Shown: positions 33,719 to 46,723, counted from the stretch's first letter. The stretch is DNA of 64,000 nt from Vicugna vicugna (GCA_013265495.1 MU062166.1:2944088-3008087); one strand, 5' to 3'. The notes: a model not told the origin generated them from the letters alone. Program-made: numbers and translations.

Positions 33719-36700
33719 GGGGGACTCGTTGGTTGTCAGTCCCTCTTAGGAGGGTGGAGAGTCTCCCCAGGAGCATCTCTGATCTACACCACCTTGATTT
33801 GCAGCAGGGCGGAAAGCTCAGTCCCTCCCAGAGGCCACCAAACTCACCGGCCCATCCTGGGGCTCCTTTATTTGGTCAGTGAGGCTTTGAATGATGACCA
33901 GGTGTGATGCCAGCGCCGGGAGCTGGAGGTCAGAGTTCTAGTCCAGTTTTTGCACTCACAAGATTCCTATGGAAGGTCAGAGCTGGGAGGCATCAGTACC
34001 GTGTGAGCCCCACCCACCCCTCACTCTGCAAGTGGGGAAACCGAGGCCCCACCGGGGGACAGGCAGGGCAGGCTGGAGGCTGAGGACGGCAGGAAACGAG
34101 AAGGGATTTGGGTCTGCTGGCTTGGTGGCCGGGCACCGTGGGCCCAGGAGGTGCCTTAGTTGAGGAGCTTAGAAGTCCCCAGCAGTGGTCTCTTGTGTGT
34201 GGTGGTTTAGGTGGGAGCCAAGGGGGAGTAGTTCTGGGCCTGTGGCAACACAGGACATGTTTTTGGTTCCTGACTTCCTCGCATCTTGCCTTAGAGCTGA
34301 GTCACCACTTGCCGGGCAGGTAGGGTGGCTGCCACGCCCAAGAGCAGCCTCCAAACTAGGGAAAGGCTTTCTCCTAGGATCCTGAGCCTCCCCTAGAACA
34401 GGGACAGCATGGTAAGCAGAGAGGGCAGGCTCACCTGTAACCATGGGTATAGTTAGGCAATGCCGGGTGGCACCATCCCTGTCCCGTTCTGTTCCAGTGT
34501 CCACTCTTCCCTTCATAAAGGAGCCAGAGAGATACCCCACGGGTGAGCTCTTCTCTCATGCACCCAGCCCTGTCGGCCCGCCGCCCCGGACAGGGGCTGT
34601 GTTTTGGTTCCCTGTGCCCGCAGCATGGATCAGTGCCTGAACCCGGTAGTTCTTGTGTGTCTGATTAACAAGGAGTCCTGAGACCTGGTTTTAGTTTCTG
34701 CTCCGCCGCTACACACCCACCTGCGTCCCTCTTTGTTCAAACTGCTGGGAAGCCCATAGCCAAGTTCTGTGTCAAAAGCATAGCTCTCCTTTGTCAGAGG
34801 GCCTGGAGGGAGCTTGTTTTATTTTCCCCTCCCTCTTTGCCGATGATTTCCTGTTCTTCGTCTTTCATTGAACAATTGAGCATGTGCTTTTATTGGAAAG
34901 TGCTATGGATCCTTTCTGGGAGTAAGCAAGCAATAAACACCTCGGTCCATTCAAAATGAAAAGGAGAAAGGTCCCCTGCTCCACCTGGGAAGCAGGTGCG
35001 TCTGAGCTCTGTTCCTCCTCTGGACAGAGGGTCGATTCGCACCTGCCCTGCTGACTTCCAGGAACGTATGAGCAGAATGTATTTTGACAGGCCGAGGCGC
35101 TGGGCAGTGCCAGGCCACTGCCTGCCCTGGGGCTCTTGACGATGGGGCCACTCAGGCAGGAAGATGCCATGCACCTCCGCGGGATTGGCAGTGGAACAAC
35201 TAGTCTGGAGGGGGCTAGAGCTTGCCCGGCTGGGCGCAGCTGGCCAGCTTCCTATTTCGGAGAAACTGACTGAGAGCCTGGCTAGACAGGCCGTCAGAAA
35301 GTGCCCCGGAGGAGAATTAGACATCCAAGTAATAGCACCGGCGGCAGGCCAACTACGTGTGTTGCTTTGCTTTGCTCCTCTGTCCCTGGTGAAGAGGTAC
35401 GATGATGGGGCAGCTGCAGTGAGCCAAGACGGTGACATTGTCCAAAAAAGGAGATAGCTCGATCGAGAGGTTATAAATAGGAGTGCTAGGGTGGGGGGCA
35501 GATGACAGACTGCTCTGCTCACTCCCTCGACCACTGCAGGAGGGCTGCTCTTGAGGTCCTGACCACCAGTGGGAGACATTTTTTGAGATGTTGGCAAGAG
35601 ATGAGAGTTGAGTAATCTACCATCATCTTGTGCCCTCCTTCCTCTCCGTACCCTGGCCATTGTAAGGGGGAACTGGGGAGAATGAGCTCTAGGTGGAGAG
35701 GTTAAAAATGGTCCATTTGCCGTGTTCAGAGAAGAGCTCATGGCTTGGGACCAGAGGGAGGGGAGAAGGGAGGATGGAGGGTGATGGTGTCTGTGCTGGA
35801 AGGAGGCAGGGAGGGAGCTGATGGGGCTGGACTAGCAGCGGGCCAAGCCAGGTCTTCACTGGGCTCCGGTGTTACAAAGATGCAGACAGAAGGGATGCAG
35901 CATGCTTTTGGAAGGTGAGCCGAGGTGATGCTACGTCAAACTATATTTCCGATGGTTCTGGAAGGAAAGCGGTGTCTTCAAAGCCAGACAGGGGTTAGTT
36001 CTTTGCTCTTCTGTTTACTCACTGGATGGCTTTGTGCAAGTGTCTCACCCAGACCGTGGGTTAAGTACAGAATGCCTCCCAGGATCTCCACAAGCATCAA
36101 CCAAGACACAAACGGGAGGCCCCCGCACTCAGGCCTGGCACGTGCCGGTGTGGAATAATTCTCGCCAGGACCCGAGATGGTCATCGAGAGTAGGCAGTGG
36201 GTCTGTCTCTCTGAAGTCCTGCTGACAGCCTTTCCGGGATCATTGGCCAGCAGCCAAGTTCTTTCCCCAGTTAGGCTTGAATGGTGGAAGCCAGCTCTCC
36301 TGTCCAGCACCGATTCAGCTGCCACCACCTCCTGCCCCTCCGAGTTCCAGGGATGCCTGTGATCCTCAAAACTGCCACCGTGCGGGTTACTCAGGCCACG
36401 GGCCGTTGGTGTTGCTCCTGTCCTCACTCCCATGGAGGCTGTGGGCTGCCAAGCAGCTTGCAAAGCGCTTTTCACGCTCTCTGAGCTCATGTCATCCCCC
36501 AGCAATCCTGAAGGCAAGGGCAAGTGCTATTGTCATTCTCCTTTTACAGGCCAGGCTCCTGGAAGTTGCTACGTGGCCCAGGGAGACCTGGCCCGTGGCT
36601 GCTCACTGCTGCTTCTGGGGCTTCATCACGGCTCTGCCACAGAGCCTGCCCCAGGATGGGGTGGGACACCATGCGGAGGGGGCTGGAGGGTCAAGCCCAT

Positions 36701-38029
36701 TGCTGCCAGGAAGGCTTCCCGTCCAGCAGCAGCTGCCTCTTTGATGGGGACCCACCAGCTCCAGCGCCTTCGGCACATCTAGGGCCTTGGCTCTCTGGTC
36801 CCAAGCAGCCCGCCGCCTACACCTGTCTCGTTTGTTCAATATGCCATTTGGCCACAGGAGGGTGAGGTGGTGGGAGAAGTGTTACCTTCCAGTCTGAGCT
36901 GGCATACATTTGCCAACTAAAACATTGACGTATGCCAAAAAAAATTTTTCTTGGTTACTTCTTAACAGGCCAAGTGTACTATTTTCCATCAAAACATTTC
37001 CATCGTTCAAAAAGTGTCTCTGACACAGAAGCTGGGTCCTGCTGTGTCCTTGTCACGGCTCACATTTTATTTGGGGTCCAGTGTTTTCAGGATGTCACCA
37101 CCTCTTGCTTTGCGTAAGGACCGAACTCCCCCATGGAAATATTTTGCAAGAATGTTTTTAACTGTCAAGGTGGCACAGAACTCCTTCAGAAGGTTTTCTT
37201 TGTCCGTCTCAGGGAAGAACACCCTTCCCGTAGAGTCCCTGCCACGTTTCACCGGCCAGGATGGGTCTGGCCAGAGCGCCACGCAATGGATCGAGTCCCA
37301 TTACAGCCAAAGCCGTTTAAGGTTCATGGAAATGTTTGTGGAAACAATTGCAGACTCTGCTGACAGCCCGCTCCTTTTGTGTAATTTTTGATAGAACATG
37401 CACCCAGCATAGCAGAAGAATTTGGCCGGCCCTTGGAATGTGCTGGAATGGAATTTGGCTGTGCTCTGTGTCCAGGTCTCTGATACGGCTGTGAGAGAAT
37501 GTTCGCCTGCTCATTAAGCAAATATTCAATGGGCTCCTTCTATGTCCCAGATTCTGGGCTGATCAAACATAAGTGCCACCTGGGCCCCATCCCCAAGGCG
37601 CCTGGTTGGTAGGGGCTCCAAGATGCAGGTGCATTCCATTCCTCAGTACTTCAGAACCACGTTAGGAAGGGCAACAGGCAAATCTCTTAGTGAGATGATT
37701 TCAGACGACACACAGATGAACTGTGTTTATACATTTATTCTAACAAATGTCATTAAAAAAAAAACCCCAGTAACTATAGCAGTAATTTTCCAGATGTTAT
37801 TGCTTAGGGAAAAAAAAAGGTTGAAAAAAGGTAGGAGGTAGCATTAATTAAAACCCAAGTTAAAGAAAAATATCAAGTAAATATTGTAGTAGTGGTAACT
37901 ATTACAGTCAGCAGATTATGTTATAGATTATTGTAAAAAAAAATATCATGACAGTGGCTCGTGAAGGGCTGATGTCCGGAAAAGTGAAGTGCACGCAGGT
38001 TTGATGCTTGCTGATGGACTGCCAGGGGC

Positions 38030-38225
38030 CCTACTTGTATTACCGTCCAAACATCAGGAAGCTCTAGGAGATGGCAGTGTTACCATCCCAACTGACAGCT
38101 GATGAAACAGAGGCTCAAAGAAGGGGAAATGGTTTGCCCACAGTCACATGACTAGTAAGTGTAAGAACTTGAATTTGAACCCTGGTCTGTCTGATTCCTG
38201 ATCGTGAACTCTTAGCCACTATGCT
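38030..38225 (-). mobile_element. MIR SINE
   Basis: GCTGATGAAACAGAGGCTCA..GTCACATGACTAGTAAGTG..TTTGAACCCTGGTCTGTCTGA. Confidence 0.85.
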
Positions 38226-38369
38226 ATATGACAAAGTACTGCAGTTGGTCAAATAAAGAAGTGGCTATTTCCTTCCTAGGGGATAATCCAAGAAAGTTTC
38301 CTAGAGGAGGAGGCCTTGACCGAGGGGTAGGATTTACAAGGGAGGTTCGGGTGGTAAGGCAGAGTATCC

Positions 38370-38710
38370 CATGGAGCAGTTACCTGCGATTATTGGCTGG
38401 ATGGTTTGAACAACATATATTTTCTGTGTATAAATGAAGTCTCAAGGTTAGGCTATGGTTTGGCTCTTCTGTGCCATCAGGGACCCAGGGTCCTTCTCTC
38501 TGCTCAACCAGATAGCTCATGGTCCAGGATGGCTGATGCAGCTCCAGCCATCACATTCTTGTCCTAAGTGGTAGGAAAAAGAAAAGAAGGAAAAGGGTAA
38601 ATGTACATTCCTCTCAATGAGTCATCACCTTTAAAGAACTTTTCTGGAATCTGAGCCTAATCCACTTATCCTGATCTCGTTGACCAGCCCTGGTTATAGG
38701 AGAGGCTGCC
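38370..38710 (-). mobile_element. MLT1 (J/K-like) MaLR LTR remnant
   Basis: CATGGTCCAGGATGGCTGATGCAGCTCCAGCCATCACAT. Confidence 0.7.
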
Positions 38711-40529
38711 TACTGTGTGCTAGACATGTCTGCACAGAGAACAATAGCCCTGTCCTCAAGGTGCTTCCAGTGGAGTGAGCTGCTTCTGGTTGAGGCTGTG
38801 GAGGGGGCAGCAGTTGAGTGGAGAGGAAAAAGCCTCCTTGGAACTGGAACCTGCTTCTGAAGTGGCCCCAGTAAGCTTAGTCTGTTTTGGATTGTTCAGC
38901 ACATTTATTTGGTGTTTAATTGGAGTGTAGAGTTGCAGCGACTAGGCTGCCCCAGGCAGCCCCTGCTCGCCATCCCATCAGCCTCTCTGAAAAGACAAGA
39001 GGTACTCTTGAGTGCAAAACAAAACGGCTTCCCAGCCTTCCAGCCTTCAGTGCAAAGCAGGAGCCGCAGAGCCAGCTTTTCACTGCAGCCCAGAACCGAA
39101 CCCTGGGCTGTCATTTAGAACCCCGTGTGAGGTGCACAAGCCCCAAGGTGAGTGTAGGATTCTGTACAGCTCACGGCAAAATGGCACCTGCCTGGTCCCC
39201 ATCCTCCTTCCTCCCCTGCCTCCGGGTCCTGGGGGCATGGGTTTGCTTTACTCTTCTCAGCTCGTGGGGTGCACGCTGGCTGGTTGCCGGGAGCGTCACA
39301 TTTGGAGAGTTCTTCAGTATTAGTGATGCTATTCTGAGTTGCAGAAGTTGCTCTGGGGACTCATTCACTGAAGGTCAGTCCTTGTTCGGGTGAAGCCCCC
39401 TCTGCTGGTATTTGGGTTCGTTTAGGTCCAAAATTCTTCCCTTTTACTTTTGGGGAAGTCGTCACCTTTTGTTGGACAGTGGCAAGAATGTTAGAGCTAA
39501 CATGAGCGCAAGAGGTGAGATGAGCCCCCACGCCTCCATTTTCGTGATCAGGAGACTGCGGCAGCTGGTGCGAGGTAGAACTGGGGAGAGCAAGCTTCTG
39601 CACTCCGGTGCTCCATCTTTGCTCTGTAATTACCGCCAAGCAAATAGTATTGTAAAGAGGCTGGAGAGATGCCTTCACAGGGCGTTAGAAATCAAACCGC
39701 TATTAATATGCTAATTACAACAGTTTCGTATTTACCGTTTAAGCAAGTCCTGGAGAGCTTCTCCTTGGCAACACTGTTAGACATTCTGTTCTCGAAATAG
39801 AAAGTCCATATTACTTTTTAATGAAAGCTCTAAATCCAGGCTTTCCCTAGGTTCAGCCAGCCCTTTTCCTTGGATTTAGTAGGTCCAGCCCTGGCTTCCC
39901 GAAATAAAGGCTGGGTGGGGTTGAGTTGCAGGAGGAATTGACGCACTTCGGAAAGCAGGCAGCTCCTCAGAGATGTCAAGTCAGTGGAGGTTGGGGCCCT
40001 GCAGGTCCTAGACCAGTTACCTGCTAATGTCATTATACATCTAAGCGTTTTTAGCAGGGGCATCTCTCACTCCAAAAACCAGTTCTACTGCTTTTATTTT
40101 TAGATTGGTTGATGCAGGTGCTGTTTGGAAAGGTCTTTTTCTCCCCACTTTGCTTTTGTCCTGGAAGTACCTGGTTGATGAGGAAAACAAAATGGCAGCC
40201 ACTTAGCCACGGGCAATAGAAATATTTATTTGGGAAACGCGAGGATAAGTGCCTTTTTTGCTTTGAGGGTGGAGCCAGGGATCCACACCCCTTAGCTTTC
40301 TGAGGAACTGGGTAGGGCAGGAGCTGACAAGCAGGAGAGTGAGCCTTTGTTCCAATCAGGGATCAAAAGATATCCAATGAAGGGCGTGGGACTTTTTCTG
40401 AAGAGTAGACTGTAGATTCTAGAAGAAGATTTTAGATAGTGGGTTATAAACCTAACAAATATTTAAGTACCCACTGTGTGCCAGATCTAAACCAGGAAAT
40501 ACACTGAGGAATGTTCCACTTGCCACAGC

Positions 40530-40990
40530 TGAGTGATGTAGTGACACAGAACGACTATTTACTCTGCTCATAGATTCCGTGGGTCCGGGATTTAAAGAGG
40601 GTAAAGCAGGGATGCTCCAGGTTGTTCGAGGCCTCAGTGCAAGACTTGGGGTTCAGATGACTAACCTACTCACACATCTGGCAGTTCATGCTGGCTGTTG
40701 AAGCGTTCTCAGTTCCCTCCATGTGGCTTCGCCATGTGGCCTGGGCTTCCTCACAGCATGATTCCAAGGCTGATTCCAAGGGTGAGCGTCCCAGAGATGG
40801 AGAGCTGAGCAGAAGCCACATCCCTTTGTGACCTAGCGCCTGAAGTCACAAAGCATCAGCTTCACCACGTCCTATTGGTTGTGGTAATAGCAAACCCATA
40901 TGTGGATCTGAAAGGAAGGAACACAGACCCCACCTGTTTGTGGGAGGGGCATCTGTCACACTGCCTGAAGAGCATATGGGATGAATGTAT
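40530..40990 (-). mobile_element. MLT1F-like MaLR LTR
   Basis: CATCTGGCAGTTCATGCTGGCTG..CCTGGGCTTCCTCACAGCATG..CCTGAAGTCACA..CCTATTGGTT. Confidence 0.8.
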
Positions 40991-41074
40991 ATTTCAGTAA
41001 GTATAAGAGAGATTTGAAAATGTGGGCGAGGAAGAAGAGGCTATAAAACAAAGGCCAAACAAAAAGAAAGACAG

Positions 41075-42090
41075 CTTTTAAAAGTGAAAATTTAATAAAT
41101 GAAAGTTAAAACTCAAGGGACATGTTAAACAGCAGATTAGACTTAGCGGATAAAAAAGATTAGAAAAGTGGAAGAGATATTCAAATAAATAAACTAGAAT
41201 GCAGCCCAGAGACATGCAGAGACGGAAATAATAAACGAGAGGGTAAGAGGTACGTAGGATGGTGTGAAGATCTAGTACGTGCCAGCTGGGTTTCCTAAGG
41301 GGGATAATACTGGAAATGGAAAAGAGGTGATATTTTAAGAGATAATGACCAAGGCTTTTGCACAGTCTTTGACAGATATGAAATCTCAGATCTAGGAAGT
41401 TCAGTGAATCCCAAGCATGAGACGTAAAGCGCGGAAAATAAAAATATGTCCTCTGCGACACATCCGTGTACCCCTGTGGTTCACTTAAGACAAGGCGATG
41501 ATTTTAAAAGCAGCGGAGAGAAGAGCAAGGTCTCCCATCTAGGAACAGTGATGAGTTTGTGCAATGTTTCTCAACAACAGTCATGGAAGCCAGACAATGG
41601 TACAGTATCTTCAACGTGCTGAGGGAAGGTAACTGCTAGCCTCTAATTCTATATGCAGTGAAAGTTTCTTTCAAGAATAAGAGCAAAAAATAGAGATAAA
41701 AGACAGAGACAGAAGAACAAGGCTTGGATAATTTCCCACAAATTTACGTCATAATAGGACACTCTGAAAAAGGTACTTCAGGTGAAAGAGTACACCAGAT
41801 GGAAGGTCTGAGGTGCAAGATGGGATTATGTGCAAAAATTCTGGCAAATATTTGGCTATATTTATATATTATTTGCCAAACAAATGTTGGTTGAATAAAA
41901 TAATATGTCAATTGAGAGATTAAAGAAAAAAAGTAGAACTGAAATCCTGGACAACCAGAGCATGTAAGCGAGGAGGGGATAATCAGAGTTGAGGCCTTCA
42001 AAGCTTCTCATATCTTTTTCAGAAGGAAAGTTAGCTGTTCATTAACTTCAGATTTGTTCAGAACAGACAGTACAACTTCCAAACCAGTAA
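41075..42090 (+). mobile_element. Ancient L1 ORF1 region (decayed)
   Basis: AGCAGATTAGACTTAGC (SRLD.A motif), ATATTTTAAGAGATAATG, CATGGAAGCCAGAC..CTTCAACGTGCTGAGGGAA, CTAATTCTATATGCAG; A-rich, with many stops and frameshifts. Confidence 0.75.
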
Positions 42091-42092
42091 AG

Positions 42093-42609
42093 CAGCAGTT
42101 TGTAAATGTGGACTGGGACCTTTAGGAGTCCATGAGACCCTTTCAGCAGGGTCAAACCTGTTTTCATAATGATGCATAATCCATGATAATACTGGTTTCC
42201 CTTTCACTCTTATTCTCTCAGGAATGTACAGTAGAATTTTCTAGAGCCTATCATGACTCTGACTGTCAGTGAAATGTATGCTTGCATATTCTTTTTAAAA
42301 AAAATTATATTTTTTGTAGGTTTTTTGGGGGAGTAGGTAGGGGATTAGATTTATTTATTTATTTTTTTAGAGGAGGTCCTGGGGATTGAACCCAGGACCC
42401 TACGTATGCTAAGCTAAGTGCTCTACCACTTGAGCTATACCCTCCCCTCCCTGCTTGTATATTCTTGTGTTTTAAACTTTTCTCAGTTTTATTTTCTAAT
42501 GTGGAAACTACTAATGGATATACCCCACATAAACAAAAGCTGTTTGGGGTCCTCAGTCATTTTTAGAGGTGTAACAATGTTCTGAGTCTATTATGTTTGA
42601 GAGCCACTG
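42093..42609. mobile_element. Charlie1-like internally deleted hAT transposon, interrupted by a SINE
   Basis: Termini CAGCAGTTTGTAAATGTGG / GTTTGAGAGCCACTG; GAGACCCTTTCAG; CCACATAAACAAAAGC; 8-bp TSD CAGTAAAG/TAGTAGAG. Confidence 0.8.
42294..42451 (-). mobile_element. Vic-1-type SINE (copy 6, long tail)
   Basis: 15-bp TSD TGCTTGCATATTCTT (42279-42293) / TGCTTGTATATTCTT (42452-42466). Confidence 0.9.
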
Positions 42610-44368
42610 TAGTAGAGGGGGAGAAAAAGGTTGAGAGAAACAGTGAGACTTAAAAGACAGTCCTTGCGAAATCGCATCTCCTCAGCCCTGAAAACAATTG
42701 GTGCTATGTAGTTTTCCTGCATTCTAAGATAACTCAAGACAGAAACTTTTAAATCTAGAGAACTGATAAAGTATGGTACTAATATATTCTGGAGGCCTGA
42801 GAACCTTGATCTGGAAGAATTTCAAGACTGGGACATGCTCATCCTGTGTTACAGCGACACCTACTGAACAATGGGGACATCCCATCCCAGCTCTAAGAGT
42901 AAATGCTGTATTTATTTAGACTAAACCAGACATAGAAAAGAGCAAATTCTGTCAGGCAAGGTATGACATGATAATAGGCTTAGACAAAACAGAAATTCTC
43001 AGGATGCAGAGGGCAACTCAGAAAGGGCATAATGACAATTCCTTTGCCTACATACTCTTTTCCTCTGTTAGATGGACAATCAGTGGTCATCGGGGAGCCT
43101 AGAACAGAGACTAACCTCAGAATCACTTGGAGCTCTTAAGAAATAATTATAAGGCTTTACAGAATCCGGGTCTCTGGGCCCAGAATTTTTTGTTTCTTAG
43201 AAAAGTTCTCCAGGGAACATTGTCAAATTAGACAATATCTGGTCCAGAATGGCCCTGAGAAGGATGATCTCTGCCCTCCAGGAACCATGTTAGGGCAGGA
43301 GGCAGAGCTTTGAATCCCGCCTATGCCGGTGCCCGCCCCCAGCTCCACTGGTTGCTGCCCTCTTCCTTCCACTGCTGTCAGTCCCCAGGTTTGAGGCTCT
43401 GAGCCCTGGATTTCAGACCATGTCCATGGCTCATGCCTTCTTGATTTCTGGGGCCCTGTCTGATTCCTGAGGTTGGGCTAGCTTGAGTCCTGTTTGCCTG
43501 CCTTCCTCGTGCCCTGCAGATCAGCCCCTCATCCAGGCCTGGATTCCTGCTTCCAGCATTGCCTCTATCCAACCCCAGACAGCCTTTGGACTCCTTGAGC
43601 TCCTTCTTTCTTCTTTGACCCCAGGCTTATTTCCAGGACTAGCAAGAGAGAAGAGCCAAGAATAGAGAAATTTATCAAACATAAAACAATGAGCAACAAA
43701 GCATCCCATGAGGAACAGTGTGTGGGTGAGGCCAGCAGGGGAGGAAACATTCTTAACTACCAATGAGGTGTGAAGGGGGCCTGACAAAGCCCGGAGCCCT
43801 GGAGGAGCCGAGTGATGTGAGTTGCCTTGACCATTGTAAGGGATAGAAAGTGATCCATAGTGATTTTTCTTTCCTTTTAAATGACAGGGCAGCTGGGCAG
43901 GGAATAGTGATTTGACCATTGTGACAATAAATGCAGGTGATGGTTGTCGATGGGCCAAAGATAAAGCAACAAATGGGAGACAGGGTGGGCTGTGGCCTTC
44001 TGCTTCCGGTGGGCAGATTCCCTGGAGCCCAGCCTGAGGGCATCTCAGCACAACAAAGAGGTGCCTTCCGGGGGACCTGCATTCAGTCTGCAGATCCGTC
44101 CCTTGGGAGACAGAGGCTGGGGCGCCATGCAGAAGCCTGCCAGTTGGTGCTGGGATCAGAGAGATGTTTGGAAAGGCCATGGCTGCAAACGGGCAATGGT
44201 CCACTCTGGTGCACACCTTGACTGGCGCCTCCTGATGCCTGCCCGTTAAGGGAGAGTGTCAGAGCATGGATTGACTTTGGCTTGGCTGTGCTCCAGAGAT
44301 CTGCGTCCCCACGTGCCAGAGAAATTTTGACCAATGTTCCTTCGACGACAGCAAGCCCAGTGTGGACT

Positions 44369-44387
44369 CAGCACCCCCTGCTGGCCG
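44369..44387 (-). promoter_or_regulatory. Candidate CTCF site
   Basis: CGGCCAGCAGGGGGTGCTG, one core mismatch (GGCGC>GGTGC). Confidence 0.35.
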
Positions 44388-45320
44388 CCCCCATCCACTG
44401 CTCTGCGTGCGTCTCTTTCCGTGTTCTCTCCCCACCTCCTACCTTGCTGCTGCCCCCAGGGCCCTGTGGCGACCCTTGCACTGCTTTGTGTAGCAGGCCC
44501 TCTCCGTGGTTAGTAACCATACCATCAGGAGGGTGATGGGTGGGTGGGGGGCATACTTCTTAACTCGGCCACCTTGGGACCGCAGGGACTGGGTTTTGGA
44601 CGAGGTGTTGAGGCAGCTCCCCCCCAACCCGCCCCGAGCGGGCTGGGCATTGTCCGCTGAGCAGATTCCGGTCCTCTAGTCGTGGCTGCATCCATCACAC
44701 CCTAAGGGGAGAGGCCTCAGCGTGGAAAGTATGTAAGCTTTGGACGATGCCACAGATGGCCTGGAATGGCTTGGCCTCTTCTTTCCAAGGCCCCAGCTGA
44801 CTTCCCCATCGTGCAGAGGAGGAGGATGGAGCCAACTTGTCCCTGTTCCTGGAGCACCAGTGAGTGTCACTGGGCCAGGGGTGTGGTGAGGGCTCAGAGG
44901 CAGCGTTCTGGGGTGGCTGCCCGGCGGGCCCTGGCTCAGACACTGCGCCCACGTTAGCCTCTGGCTGTCACTCCCACAAACAGCAGGATTCTTGTCCCCA
45001 CTGCTCAGCTGAGAAACATGAATGGTGCCTGGTCTACAGCAGCTGCCCTGCTAACAGTAGCTGCTGTGATCACGTGATTTGTCTGGGGTCACGCAGGTGG
45101 TGAGGGGTGGGGCCAAGATTGAACTCACGTCTGTCTCCCGCCCCAGCCCAGGCCCTCCTCCCCTGTCGCCTGGCCATCTTCTCCTGTGAGGCAGGCAGGG
45201 CAGAGAGGCGGCACCCTGTTTTACAGACCAGAAAACTGAGGCCAAGTAACTCATCAGAGATCACTGAGCTTGGAATGGGCAGAACTGAGATTCGGACCTC
45301 GCTCTTTGGACAATACCCCC

Positions 45321-45739
45321 TGTATTAGTCTGCTTGGGCTGCCCTGACAAAATACCGCTGAGCGCTGTAACAAAGTAAGGCTGAGTGGCTTAAACGACAG
45401 AAGTGTATTTTTCCACAGTTCTGGACGCTAGAAGTCCAAGGTCAGGGTACTGACGGGGTTCATTTCCGGCGAGGGCTCTCTTGCTGGCTTGTAGACAGCT
45501 GCCTTCTCCCTGTGTCCTCACGTGGCCTTTCCTTTCTGCATAGAGAGAACGTGCAACCTCTGGTGTCTCTTCATATTCTTCTAAGGACACCAGTCCTTGG
45601 ATGAAGGCCACACACTTATGATTGCATTTAACCTTAATTATCTCCCTAAAGGCCCTATTTCCAATTAGGTCACACTGAAGGTTAGGGCTTCAGCATATGA
45701 ATTCGGGGGTGGTGAGTGGGCACAGTTCAGTCTGTAACA
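45321..45739 (-). mobile_element. MLT1A/B-like MaLR solo LTR, full length
   Basis: TGTATTAGTCTGCTTGGGCTGCC..CTAAGGACACCAGTC..GTTAGGGCTTCAGCATATGAATT..CAGTCTGTAACA. Confidence 0.9.
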
Positions 45740-46609
45740 TACCCTTAGCCCCTTCCACTCTTTGGAAGCCCCCAGATCACACCAGGAAACGGCTGCTAAT
45801 GCACATCAAAGGAATCACTTGGGGTTGTTGTGCAGGAGCCCAGGGACAGGACTGGGGCAATCTAAGAAAGCTTCCTGGAGGAGGTGTATGTGTCCCTGGC
45901 GGTATATTTGTGTGCATGTACATTGGGCTTGGGTAGCTGGCCCATTTGGGAGTCTGGCTCAGTTCAGGGCAACCCCACATGTAGTTCCCCTAGTGATTCA
46001 GATGAGCTGTGGCTCTTTTCCAGGAGCCACTTTCTCTCCATGAGTGTGGCAAGAGGGGACTGTCTGGTCCTTGCTTGGCCCGGCAAGGCAGCTGTAGCTT
46101 GATGTAGCCCATCAGGTAGCATTTCCAGGTCTTTCATGTGAAAGGGAGTGGAATTCCAGGTGAGCAGAGGTGGACAAAGGAGGGCAGAAGTCGAACTGAG
46201 AACCCAGGGCATCCTCCTTCAGCAGACAGTGACATCTGCAGAGGGCTGCGCATGTGGCAGCCAGCCCTGCTGTGCGGCCCCTGCTGCTAGAGTGTGATCT
46301 TCCTGTAAAGAGGAGCTGAGTTAGGACATCATCACATGCGGGAGCCCCTGCTGTAAATTCTCTTGCCTTCCTCACCCAGTGTCTGTCCCCCCTTTTCTTA
46401 GACTCACACACCAGATGTGGCTGGTGAAGGGAATCCTCACTGCCAGGTTTAGAAACTAAATTTCTGCAGTGCCTGTGTTTCTGGAATGAGGGCGACATTC
46501 CCAGGGCAGAGGTTTGGGTTCATGCACCAACTCCTGTGTGGAGCCCGGAGCAGATACAGGTTCTGTGTGGGGTTGTAGTAGGTACCCAGCCAGGAGGCTG
46601 GAAAGTGTG

Positions 46610-46723
46610 CTGAGGGAGCCTGGGGAGTCTGAGGGAGGCTGAGAGAGCCTGGGAAGGCTGGGGGAGGCTGAGGGAGGCTGAGGGAGTCTGGGGAGGCTGA
46701 GGGAGGCTGCAGAGGCTGAGGGA
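46610..46723. repeat. G-rich 9-10-bp degenerate minisatellite
   Basis: About 12 units of CTGAGGGAGG/CTGGGGAGG. Confidence 0.9.

Noticed and set aside
34890-35741. Longest ORF (283 aa, minus strand) as a gene
   Set aside because: No recognisable domain, Ser/Pro/Arg/Gly-rich composition typical of chance ORFs in GC-rich DNA, and no exon or promoter context
37067-37282. Protein-like minus-strand ORF (..KENLLKEFCATLTVKNILAKYF..)
   Set aside because: Bounded by stops, no pyrimidine tract or good donor on the minus strand, and no family recognised
42700-42870. 44-codon open stretch (..RELIKYGTNIFWRPENLDLEEF..)
   Set aside because: No start, donor or recognisable homology
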